44,832 nucleotides of DNA from a phage: the sequence record PX055572.1; one strand, 5' to 3'. Below the pieces are notes generated by a model. That model ran no database searches. It was not told the DNA's origin and saw only the letters and a list, made by a program, of their open reading frames with translations. The position numbers were made by a program, and so were the translations under genes. Shown here in pieces: positions 35,543 through 43,181 of this stretch (the stretch's first letter is position 1; every line of letters begins with the position of its first letter).

Positions 35543-35736
35543 TGCACCTTTATCGGGTATCTTTTGCGAAACTTACCTAACCCGCAGTACACGCTGTAAG
35601 CCTCTGTGTAACTGAACACAACATGATACCCGCGCCCATAAGGAACTACGTTAAGAACTTCTACTACTTCGCCTCTGTGGTTGGTGTATTTATTACCTTT
35701 CAGTTCGTCGCTTACTTCTTTAAATTTACCGCTCAT
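35539..35736 (-). CDS. Hypothetical protein
   Basis: 65 aa, coupled to primase-helicase stop. Confidence 0.35.
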   Translation of the reverse strand: MSGKFKEVSDELKGNKYTNHRGEVVEVLNVVPYGRGYHVVFSYTEAYSVYCGLGKFRKRYPIKVQ

Positions 35737-38018
35737 TCCAAATCCTCCTCTGTCACTGTCAACATTTCATTCGGTTCGTATATTGTCTTTGGAATCTTGT
35801 TATCAGTTATTCTGGTGTTCAGCCTGTAACGACCTGGGATTATCTGATTGTTTTCGTCAGTACCCGGAACAAGATACCCGGCCTCAACCATTTTCTTAAT
35901 CTTCCCGCGTTCTATGGCTTCTTTGGAGTTAAACGCCTTTGCGTTGGGGTCTGACTGTGCGAGCTTATTCGCCGCGGCGACTGTGATGCCTTCGTTGCCG
36001 TTGTAGGTTCCTTCCGCCAGTTCAAACGCCGCGAGTATCGTGGCCTCCGAACTGTTGACGGCGTTCTCTACGGTTTTACGTACATTTTCTTTACCTTCTT
36101 TCGTCAACCCTTCTTCCCGCTCTTTCTCCTCGTCAGTTTTGAACGGCTCGAAACCCCACGGCATCAACACAAGCGCCTTGTGTGGTTCAGGCAGGTCCAG
36201 GTTTACGATTGTGCCGTATTCCTCTGTGCTACCCGGGAACTCAACCGCTCGGTATTCTTTAGGCGGCGGCGCTTCACGGAACTGTACCGACTCCAGCACC
36301 ATGCCAACCGTCTTCTGCTGAGGCCCGTGCTTGAATTTCGAGTGATATACGTTTATCTGACGGTCGGTTGCACGTTCGATTGTCAGTTCCACGTCAACAC
36401 CCGCATACAGCGCCCCACTGCCGCGTGCTTTCTTTCCACCCTTCGGCGTATGGTGGACAACGCCTACTGCGGCTTTAGTTGCATCGCGTACTTCTTTCAG
36501 AATGGCGATAACTTTACCCATGCCGATTGCTGTTGATGAACTGTTCTCGTCGAACTTATCAATCGTCAGGGCCAGCGTCTGGTTAAGGGTGTCGAAGGCA
36601 ACCATGCCAATAGGTTCATCCCCTGCGGTTTCGCGCATCCTGCGGATTAGAGCTGGAATTTTTTTATCACCATGCGTAGCGAGTATTTCGCCCATATCGA
36701 TGACATGTACATAATCTTTACCTTCCTCGCCATATTTAGCCGCGAGTGCATCAATACGTGTTCGTGTAGCTGCACCACCCTCGCCGTCAATATAGAAATG
36801 GTAGCAACGTTGGGTGTCAGCCCCCGCAAACCGGTACCCGGCGGCGCTCAGGTACATCATCCCCAGCGTATAGAATGATTTGTACGTGCCGGATTCCCCG
36901 ACAATATCCCAGATACAATCCGACGGCATGTACCCCTCAACGACGAAATCAGCCTTTACCGGTTCTGGTAACTCGTCCTCCTCTGAGTCCTCGTCGTCTT
37001 CCAGGTCGTCGAGGCTGCATGAGACAGATTCACGCGCCCCCCAACCGATGGCCTCTGCGACTTCACTGAACGGCAGCCCGGTCGCATCGCACGCGTACTT
37101 CCACACCTCTTTCGGTGACAGGCCTTCTGTCGCCGTAATGTCTGTGTCGTGAATCATGGTTACGTTTGGCGCTTCATACCCCTCGCGCGGGAAGCACAGC
37201 AGGAAGTCGTCCGGGCGCGGTGCCGGGGCGCTGTAGTTTTCGGCATGTTCCGGTGTGGCTGGCATCTTAAGGCCGCGCGGCGTCATGACGCCGCCGTACT
37301 CAAACGCCAGTGCTTCAAACGCGTCTGTAAACGCGGTGCGCAGTTCTTCCGGTATCTGGTAATCCGATGCGCTGCTAACGTCAACGGCGGGGATGCCTTC
37401 CAGTAACTCGTTCGGGTCGATCAGGTCGTTGCGGCGCGACCAGATAACGGTAGCGCCGACCGGCGGCAGGTACATCGGCTGCGACAGAGTGAACCCGCTG
37501 CGGTCCGCACCCATGCCTTTGAAGAAGTGCTCCAGCAACCCATGACGAACACGGATGATGTCACCACCCTCCACCGGACGGGCCAGTGGCATTACGACGC
37601 GAAAGCGCGGTGACTCATCAGTATGTGATGCCGTGGTATAGAGGCACATGGCCCAGCGGCTGCGCTTAACCAGGCGCACCGCTTCCTGATACTCTTCCGG
37701 TGTTGTGCTGTCGAAATCCAGATAGGCCAGCGACGATTTGCTTACAGACGCATCGCAGCGGTAGAAAAAACCTTTACGCGCTTGCTTAAAGTCTCCAGTT
37801 TCCGGGTCTTTTACGGTGCTGTGCGTTGAGTCGCACGCGGCGGTGATATAACCGGGCGCGGTCTTAGGGTTAATCCCGTCGCGAACGGCATCGAGCGGCT
37901 GGATTAACTCTTTCAGGTCGTCCAGTGTTGCCGTGTGTGCGGTTCTGACATTTATATCCTTTTTTCCCGCCCGCGCGTTGCGGCGTGACCACGAGTAGGA
38001 TAAAATTACATCGGACAT
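35733..38018 (-). CDS. Bifunctional primase-polymerase (AEP-like) / RecA-fold helicase
   Basis: N-terminal LAYLDFD (DxD) and SH motifs of prim-pol type; central Walker A GESGTYKS and Walker B-like MVAFDTL; C-terminus ends EEDLE; 761 aa. Confidence 0.7.
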   Translation of the reverse strand: MSDVILSYSWSRRNARAGKKDINVRTAHTATLDDLKELIQPLDAVRDGINPKTAPGYITAACDSTHSTVKDPETGDFKQARKGFFYRCDASVSKSSLAYLDFDSTTPEEYQEAVRLVKRSRWAMCLYTTASHTDESPRFRVVMPLARPVEGGDIIRVRHGLLEHFFKGMGADRSGFTLSQPMYLPPVGATVIWSRRNDLIDPNELLEGIPAVDVSSASDYQIPEELRTAFTDAFEALAFEYGGVMTPRGLKMPATPEHAENYSAPAPRPDDFLLCFPREGYEAPNVTMIHDTDITATEGLSPKEVWKYACDATGLPFSEVAEAIGWGARESVSCSLDDLEDDEDSEEDELPEPVKADFVVEGYMPSDCIWDIVGESGTYKSFYTLGMMYLSAAGYRFAGADTQRCYHFYIDGEGGAATRTRIDALAAKYGEEGKDYVHVIDMGEILATHGDKKIPALIRRMRETAGDEPIGMVAFDTLNQTLALTIDKFDENSSSTAIGMGKVIAILKEVRDATKAAVGVVHHTPKGGKKARGSGALYAGVDVELTIERATDRQINVYHSKFKHGPQQKTVGMVLESVQFREAPPPKEYRAVEFPGSTEEYGTIVNLDLPEPHKALVLMPWGFEPFKTDEEKEREEGLTKEGKENVRKTVENAVNSSEATILAAFELAEGTYNGNEGITVAAANKLAQSDPNAKAFNSKEAIERGKIKKMVEAGYLVPGTDENNQIIPGRYRLNTRITDNKIPKTIYEPNEMLTVTEEDLE

Positions 38019-38075
38019 GTTGTATTTCCTTCAGCAAGTAATTTGGCCTCGGCGCTCTAACGTCGGGGCTTTCTT

Positions 38076-38309
38076 TTATTCCAGGTCTTCTACAGTAGCG
38101 GTCATTCCGCGAACTTCAGCAACTGCGCTATATTTCCCACCAACATTTTTCACGACACCATATTTAACCAGTACCTTCAACGACCCTTCAATAATGGCGG
38201 AACTATAGTACTTAAAATAACTACGGCGCAAGTCCATAACGCTGCACGACCCTTTTTTACGTGTTAATGAAACGACTGCCGTAAATACGCGTGACTGGAA
38301 CTCGGTCAT
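38076..38309 (-). CDS. Small protein, ends in EDLE
   Basis: 77 aa; C-terminus TVEDLE matches the EDLE tails of the exonuclease and primase-helicase. Confidence 0.4.
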   Translation of the reverse strand: MTEFQSRVFTAVVSLTRKKGSCSVMDLRRSYFKYYSSAIIEGSLKVLVKYGVVKNVGGKYSAVAEVRGMTATVEDLE

Positions 38310-38476
38310 TTTACATTCTCCTTAATCCACGCTTCCACTTTCTCCCGGTCAAACGTACCTGGCTGACGGCGGCCCATAATGCGGATACAACAATCCGGGA
38401 ACTTCCCACTCTTTAACCAGTTATTCAGCGTGCGACGGGTAACCCCGATACGCTCAGCTACCTCATTCTGTGTCAT
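38306..38476 (-). CDS. AlpA-like HTH DNA-binding regulator
   Basis: MTQNEVAERIGVTRRTLNNWLKSGKFP... resembles AlpA/excisionase-type HTH (from memory); first ATG downstream of - strand promoter TTGATT-N17-TATACT; ORF track starts at TTG 38503. Confidence 0.5.
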   Translation of the reverse strand: MTQNEVAERIGVTRRTLNNWLKSGKFPDCCIRIMGRRQPGTFDREKVEAWIKENVK

Positions 38477-38508
38477 CCTCAAGCCCCCATTATCAGTTAA
38501 CAAAATCG

Positions 38509-38537
38509 AGTATACATTGTGAATAATGGGAAATCAA
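38509..38537 (-). promoter_or_regulatory. Leftward promoter TTGATT-N17-TATACT for AlpA-like gene and replication operon
   Basis: -35 (rev) 38532-38537, -10 (rev) 38509-38514, spacer 17. Confidence 0.5.
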
Positions 38538-38712
38538 ACATAATCGCACCTATTGACATTATGAAAATCTTCGTTTAAGGTGCTTTTATATCTTAGTTAC
38601 TTTGATTCTTGTTCACCTTGTAATACCCGCTTGAAACGCAGCGGCGCACCAGCGCCAGCGAAGTGTTAAGCGGCAGATTACTGAACATATGAATTATCGT
38701 AACTTTCCTTCC

Positions 38713-38775
38713 TAAGTATCTCAGGTTGCCCTGGGCAAGCTCTATTCTCATCGACGGCATATCTCTTAAGTATCT
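38713..38775. repeat. Direct repeats TAAGTATCT (x2) in divergent intergenic region
   Basis: cctAAGTATCTcagg at 38713-38721 and cttAAGTATCTgata at 38767-38775. Confidence 0.3.
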
Positions 38776-38813
38776 GATAATTAAAAGTTTCTATAGTTGC
38801 CGTGAGCAATGTT

Positions 38814-38870
38814 GAGAGTACTTCACTCCGCTGGGGTGGGCTAAAGCCCACCCGCTGCGTTGCGTACTCT
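38814..38870 (+). other. Composite stem-loop in divergent intergenic region
   Basis: Outer stem AGAGTAC/GTACTCT enclosing GGGTGGGC-taaa-GCCCACCC; followed by TTTTAAG; no ORF. Confidence 0.35.
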
Positions 38871-38912
38871 TTTAAGAAACGAAAGAATCACAACGGCAAC
38901 GTAACTATTCTC

Positions 38913-38941
38913 TTGCACACCCCAACATAATAGGTTACTAT
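38913..38941 (+). promoter_or_regulatory. Promoter D: TTGCAC-N17-TACTAT with AATAG-N4-CTATT palindrome
   Basis: TTGCAC ACCCCAACATAATAGGT TACTAT; 35 nt upstream of ATG 38976. Confidence 0.55.
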
Positions 38942-38975
38942 TCACTTATAGAAACGAGACAGAGGAGTGAGGGTT

Positions 38976-39164
38976 ATGTTTAAACGCGGTCAGTTGGTGA
39001 AAACAGCATATGGCTTTGGTGTTGTCGGAAAAGAGTCTGTCGTATACCCAGGGTCTTATATCATCCGTTATATCAGGCGGGACGGATTAACTCCTTCGGT
39101 TTATTACGAAGCTAATGAGTTAAAACTCATCGGCAACAATTTTAAATTCAAAGGGGCGAAGTGA
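38976..39164 (+). CDS. Small hypothetical protein
   Basis: ATG 38976 with SD AGAGGAG 8 nt upstream; first gene downstream of promoter D. Confidence 0.45.
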   Translation: MFKRGQLVKTAYGFGVVGKESVVYPGSYIIRYIRRDGLTPSVYYEANELKLIGNNFKFKGAK

Positions 39165-39397
39165 TGCAAATCATAATTACAGATAACACCGTTATCTACG
39201 AAGAAGATGGTGATACTCTCGAGAAAATAGGCGTAAATGTGGGTGATGTTTTCAATGTACTGGATTCCTGTGAGGATGGCTGGTGGATTAAGACAGGAAG
39301 ATACACAATCCCGGTAACTAAGGCAGAAGCGAAGGTATACACAACGGCATCTAATCATGATGCTCGTGCCGACGACTCTGAGGGAGGTTGCCGTTAA
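39164..39397 (+). CDS. Small hypothetical protein (paralog of 39397..39552)
   Basis: Shares IIITD / GVNVGDVF motifs with next ORF; ATG overlaps upstream stop. Confidence 0.45.
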   Translation: MQIIITDNTVIYEEDGDTLEKIGVNVGDVFNVLDSCEDGWWIKTGRYTIPVTKAEAKVYTTASNHDARADDSEGGCR

Positions 39398-39552
39398 TGA
39401 AAATTCGAATAACTGACCGCAGGCTTATAGATTTCGGTATCTCGGTAGGTGATGTTTTTCTGGCGTTCAGCAGCAACCATTATGGTTTTATGATTGAGTA
39501 CAAAGGGTCATTATTGTTCGTGTATCGGGATGAATGCGAGGTTCTGGTATGA
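39397..39552 (+). CDS. Small hypothetical protein (paralog of 39164..39397)
   Basis: MKIRITDRRLIDFGISVGDVF...; 51 aa; verified codon by codon; ATGA coupling on both sides. Confidence 0.4.
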   Translation: MKIRITDRRLIDFGISVGDVFLAFSSNHYGFMIEYKGSLLFVYRDECEVLV

Positions 39553-39710
39553 GAGAAGCATTCGAACGGTGGGCCATCGTCGAGGGTCTGCCGGTTAATA
39601 AGGGTTCGAAGAAAGAGTACCTGAACGTTAAGACGCGTCTCGCGTGGCGGGCGTGGAAAGCTGGTGCGAATGTAATGGCTGGCGCATTTGAGAAGAGAGG
39701 CGATTTATGA
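39549..39710 (+). CDS. Small hypothetical protein
   Basis: 53 aa; verified codon by codon; overlaps neighbours by 4 nt. Confidence 0.4.
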   Translation: MREAFERWAIVEGLPVNKGSKKEYLNVKTRLAWRAWKAGANVMAGAFEKRGDL

Positions 39711-39892
39711 GCAAGTGGATTAAGTGTAGTGAGCGGATGCCGGAGCCTTATGAATACGTTCTTGTAACTGATTGTTTTGTTGGCTGTGAGGTTATGCGTG
39801 TTAATTCAGATGGCTACTGGGGGCCTGCAAAGAGTTTATATCACGGTGATATAACGCACTGGATGCCGTTACCTGAGCCGCCGGAGGTGTGA
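39707..39892 (+). CDS. Small protein with THWMPLPEPP C-terminus (DUF551-like)
   Basis: C-terminal motif recalled as typical of a phage domain of unknown function (from memory). Confidence 0.4.
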   Translation: MSKWIKCSERMPEPYEYVLVTDCFVGCEVMRVNSDGYWGPAKSLYHGDITHWMPLPEPPEV

Positions 39893-40039
39893 TGTTCAAT
39901 AGTTTGGGATTTTACTGAGTGACTTACGCTGCTACACAGCAGCGTATCATTTTTCTCATTTTTGTTCTATTTCACCAAACGCAACAATCGAAGCGACTAT
40001 TGCAGGAGATGCAATAATACAAACACCAATAAAATTTAC

Positions 40040-40068
40040 TTGCACACTGGGATAGAATAGGCTACTAT
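40040..40068 (+). promoter_or_regulatory. Promoter E: TTGCAC-N17-TACTAT with AATAG-N4-CTATT palindrome
   Basis: TTGCAC ACTGGGATAGAATAGGC TACTAT; 32 nt upstream of ATG 40100. Confidence 0.55.
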
Positions 40069-40099
40069 TCATTTACACAAACGAGAGGAGAGACAGAAG

Positions 40100-40447
40100 A
40101 TGAGTAACAAAAACGAAGTATTCGAGTACCTGATTGACCAACTACGGCAGCAGGTAAACAGCAACCAGTGCGAAGACCTGGTGCATGAAGTGCAGTCACT
40201 TAAGAATCAGTTACGTGATGCTTCGGCGCTGGTGGCGGAGTTGCAGGAAGAACTGGGTGCTTCAACTAACACCGTAGTTCGTTTGCGCAAAGAGGTAGCT
40301 AAGTATACTGGTGACACTGGAGAATATATCGACGCCACTGAGCAATCTGGTTGCAGTAAAGATGATACCAGGGAATGTGAGCACGATTGGTACTGGTACT
40401 CCGGTTCCAAGGAACGTATATGCCGTAAATGCGGGGAAGAGAAATGA
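40100..40447 (+). CDS. Coiled-coil protein with C-terminal Cys pairs
   Basis: 115 aa; SD GAGAGGAG; downstream of promoter E; C-terminal CEHD...CRKC. Confidence 0.45.
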   Translation: MSNKNEVFEYLIDQLRQQVNSNQCEDLVHEVQSLKNQLRDASALVAELQEELGASTNTVVRLRKEVAKYTGDTGEYIDATEQSGCSKDDTRECEHDWYWYSGSKERICRKCGEEK

Positions 40448-40647
40448 CTACATTACTTTTCATCTGGGTGCTGTCCGCGGGCCAGATGCAACTGGCGGCA
40501 GCAGAAACGTTTTACTCGATGGAGGCGTGCCAGTCAGCGGCACGCGCTGCAGAGAACGCGCACTTTCTGTTTCAGGGCGACAAGCCCAACGATTCAGAGG
40601 TACGCGCTATCTGCTCACCTAAGAGACTTGGTAAACAGGAGAAGTGA
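40444..40647 (+). CDS. Small secreted protein (signal peptide)
   Basis: MTTLLFIWVLSAGQMQLAAA hydrophobic leader with AxA-type site; ATG overlaps upstream stop. Confidence 0.4.
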   Translation: MTTLLFIWVLSAGQMQLAAAETFYSMEACQSAARAAENAHFLFQGDKPNDSEVRAICSPKRLGKQEK

Positions 40648-40925
40648 TTATGGTTCGGAAATATGAGGTGCGAGGGACTGAATTAGGCGGGGATGCGTTC
40701 TATGAGGATTGGGTTGAGGTCGTTCGCTACGAAGACTACGAGGAACTTGAGCGTAAGTTCAAAGAACTCATGGCGTGGCGTGTGCAGATACTCAATGACG
40801 CTTTCGACTTTTTGACGCGGGCAGAAAAAGCGGAAGCCGAGTTACAGAAATACAAAGACCAGTACCCTGATTACGTCGAGTGCGCGAACTGTGGGTCAGT
40901 TACACATGTGGAAGGGGTGGAGTGA
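40644..40925 (+). CDS. Small hypothetical protein (YEDY-motif paralog A)
   Basis: VVRYEDYEELERKFKEL shared with next ORF. Confidence 0.4.
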   Translation: MIMVRKYEVRGTELGGDAFYEDWVEVVRYEDYEELERKFKELMAWRVQILNDAFDFLTRAEKAEAELQKYKDQYPDYVECANCGSVTHVEGVE

Positions 40926-41152
40926 TGGTACAGAGATACTTATTACAGGGTGGTTTAATAGGGCCGCACGATGAAGGTGATTGGGTAGGTTACGAAGACT
41001 ACGCGAAACTCGAAGCCGAACTTCTGGAAATAAAAGCCGCAGCCCGTTGTCTTGTGCGAGAAGCGAGTAAGGTGTATAGCGACTATAGTGACGTTATAGC
41101 GCCTGAGTTTGTAGACCAGCAAACCATATACGAACTGGGCATTCTGCTATGA
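40925..41152 (+). CDS. Small hypothetical protein (YEDY-motif paralog B)
   Basis: WVGYEDYAKLEAELLEI; ATG overlaps upstream stop. Confidence 0.4.
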   Translation: MVQRYLLQGGLIGPHDEGDWVGYEDYAKLEAELLEIKAAARCLVREASKVYSDYSDVIAPEFVDQQTIYELGILL

Positions 41153-41442
41153 GCCTATCAACTGACATCCTGAAACGAAGCGGCCTTGCGCCGCTGTCAC
41201 CGAGAGCGAAGACACGTATACACAAGCGTCGCCGTAACGTGCTGTACCCAGAGATACAAGAACGGCGTAAAGCTATCCGCGCCTGTGGATTCCAGAACGG
41301 GAAGGCCGTTAACCTCGGTGAGTTTAAAACACAGGAACGCGCAGCTATCGCTAATCGGTTATTTAATTACTGGAAATCGCTGGGATACGATGATATTCCA
41401 TCGAAACCGCAGAGACGACAATACATCTGGCGTCATAAATAA
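41149..41442 (+). CDS. Basic hypothetical protein
   Basis: 97 aa, Arg/Lys-rich. Confidence 0.4.
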   Translation: MSLSTDILKRSGLAPLSPRAKTRIHKRRRNVLYPEIQERRKAIRACGFQNGKAVNLGEFKTQERAAIANRLFNYWKSLGYDDIPSKPQRRQYIWRHK

Positions 41443-41472
41443 ACCGTTATTAAGATAATTCCTAACCGTGGT

Positions 41473-41512
41473 ATCCTCCAGTTACTGCATACTTAATACG
41501 CACCTGGAGGAT
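41473..41512 (+). promoter_or_regulatory. SD-sequestering stem-loop upstream of holin-like gene
   Basis: ATCCTCCAG (41473-41481) pairs with CTGGAGGAT (41504-41512), burying the GGAGG SD; TTG start at 41518. Confidence 0.45.
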
Positions 41513-41517
41513 TCATC

Positions 41518-41826
41518 TTGGATAAATTTACTGAAACAGTGACGGGGTGGCTTCTCGCTGCCGCACTGGTCGGTGGATTGGTCGGACTAAGGCAACATAA
41601 AAAGTCTATATCCGGGCCGATTGACGGACTGGTATTTCTTCTCACCGGCTTCGCGTGCGCCATTTTCGGCGCACCTCTTGCCGCTCAATGGTTTGGTATT
41701 ACTGGCGAGCGCGAGATAGCTGGCCTCGGATTCATCATTGCCATTCTCTGGATGCCTATCTATTCCCGCCTTTCTGGCATCGTATCGGGCGGCGATATTG
41801 CCCGCCCAGGAGGACCGCATGACTGA
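41518..41826 (+). CDS. Holin-like membrane protein (three predicted TM segments), TTG start
   Basis: Three hydrophobic segments; TTG start with SD GGAGG sequestered in a 9-bp stem; immediately upstream of second membrane protein and lysozyme. Confidence 0.45.
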   Translation: MDKFTETVTGWLLAAALVGGLVGLRQHKKSISGPIDGLVFLLTGFACAIFGAPLAAQWFGITGEREIAGLGFIIAILWMPIYSRLSGIVSGGDIARPGGPHD

Positions 41827-42091
41827 GCTATTCTGGTTTGTCGTAATGCTTTCAATGGGCGCTTCGTCCCTGTTCAACGTGTATAACGAACACGTGGACG
41901 ACGGGCTGTTCGGGCGTGTGCTTTATATTCTGACTGCTATTGTCTGCGCCGCCGGATGTATCCACCTGTTACAGGGCAGCATGTCACCGACGCTGCCTGA
42001 GACATTAATCACATTAGTTGCGCTGCGTCAGATTCGTCAGGCGTGGCTGTCGTACGGAGGACATAAGCGTGTCTCGAAACATTTCAGATAA
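41819..42091 (+). CDS. Two-TM membrane protein (holin/antiholin-like)
   Basis: ATG 41819 with SD AGGAGG; two hydrophobic helices; overlaps both neighbours. Confidence 0.45.
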   Translation: MTELFWFVVMLSMGASSLFNVYNEHVDDGLFGRVLYILTAIVCAAGCIHLLQGSMSPTLPETLITLVALRQIRQAWLSYGGHKRVSKHFR

Positions 42092-42557
42092 TGGCATCAA
42101 ATTCACCGCCGCGTTCGAGGGATTCCGCGGAACCGCGTATCGCGCTACACCGAACGAGAAGTACCTTACGATTGGGTATGGTCACTACGGGCCGGACGTT
42201 AAGGCGGGGCAGACCATCACACCGGGACAAGGACTCCTGTTACTTAATCGCGATATGGCTAAAGCCGTAGCTGCGGTTGATGCGGCAGCGCACCATTCAC
42301 TGACACAGGCACAGTTCGACGCTGTGTGTGACCTGGTCTACAACGCAGGCGCTGGCGTGATTGCCGCTACCACGGGCACAGGTAAGGCGCTGCGTTCTGG
42401 TGACATCGCGACGCTGCGGGCTAAGCTGACACTGTTCATCAACCAGAACGGCAAACCGATACTTGGACTGCGTCGTCGTACCGCCGGTCGTCTGGCGCTG
42501 TTCGACGGTAAACCGTGGCAGGAGGCTGAGGCTATCGGGCGCGCGGTGAAAGGTTGA
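42069..42557 (+). CDS. Endolysin, lysozyme-like
   Basis: N-terminal AAFEGFRGTAYRATPNEKYLTIGYGH resembles phage lysozyme catalytic region; GTG start with SD GGAGG 8 nt upstream (ORF track starts ATG 42018); followed by strong terminator. Confidence 0.65.
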   Translation: MSRNISDNGIKFTAAFEGFRGTAYRATPNEKYLTIGYGHYGPDVKAGQTITPGQGLLLLNRDMAKAVAAVDAAAHHSLTQAQFDAVCDLVYNAGAGVIAATTGTGKALRSGDIATLRAKLTLFINQNGKPILGLRRRTAGRLALFDGKPWQEAEAIGRAVKG

Positions 42558-42621
42558 CACATAAGACTAATCCGACGATACTTAAATCACCTCCTGTTCC
42601 ATCCCTCTGCTCTCCAGTTTT

Positions 42622-42656
42622 ATCCCGGCCCTGACCCAGCCGGGATTTTTTTTTAT
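42622..42656 (+). terminator. Strong intrinsic terminator after lysozyme gene
   Basis: CCCGGC-cctgaccca-GCCGGG followed by ATTTTTTTTT. Confidence 0.7.
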
Positions 42657-42676
42657 CTATTTTCTGTAATGACTAG

Positions 42677-42705
42677 TTGACTATTACCTACGACCCTATT
42701 ATATT
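42677..42705 (+). promoter_or_regulatory. Promoter F: TTGACT-N17-TATATT
   Basis: Located after the lysozyme terminator, 34 nt upstream of ATG 42739. Confidence 0.5.
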
Positions 42706-42738
42706 TACTCCATCGACAACGAGAACGGAGTAGAGAAG

Positions 42739-42987
42739 ATGAGTAACGTACAGACAATCGCAATAACCGAGGAACTTGAAGCCAAATGTATCGCATGGAC
42801 TATGGGTAATGACCCGGTTGCTATGCGTAAATTTCCAATGAAAATCACAGACATCGAAGCATTCAAAGATGCACAACTGATGGCACGCATCGCCGTTAGT
42901 AACCTGAGCAATAGCATCCCTGCGGACGCGTTCTGGTTCGCTGCAATGCAGACCCTGAAGGCCGCTTATGCAGGAGAGAAGAAATGA
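42739..42987 (+). CDS. Hypothetical protein
   Basis: 82 aa; SD GGAG; downstream of promoter F. Confidence 0.4.
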   Translation: MSNVQTIAITEELEAKCIAWTMGNDPVAMRKFPMKITDIEAFKDAQLMARIAVSNLSNSIPADAFWFAAMQTLKAAYAGEKK

Positions 42988-43181
42988 AAGTTAAAGCCGC
43001 TAAAATTCTCTGGTTAGCCGCCCTTGACTATGTGACAGAGGGTAAAGTGTATGATGTATACAACCCGACAGCTACTGGTTTCGGTTATATAGACTCCGAC
43101 GACGACTGCTGTATTTTCATAGACTTTGGTAACGATGAAGGTGATGGCTTCCGCGGCGTTAAATGGGAGATTGTAGAATGA
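42984..43181 (+). CDS. Hypothetical protein
   Basis: 65 aa, ATGA coupling. Confidence 0.4.
   Translation: MKVKAAKILWLAALDYVTEGKVYDVYNPTATGFGYIDSDDDCCIFIDFGNDEGDGFRGVKWEIVE

Noticed and set aside
38040-38075. + strand-oriented hairpin with a T-tract between two - strand replication genes
   Set aside because: Imperfect stem (two mismatches) and wrong orientation for the operon it sits in; it may damp antisense transcription but the support is too weak to call a terminator.
25556-38476. 7-deazaguanine or other base-hypermodification genes
   Set aside because: Looked for because some phages with a similar replication module carry them; no ORF here has recognisable motifs for such enzymes. The only modification enzyme evident is the C5-methyltransferase.
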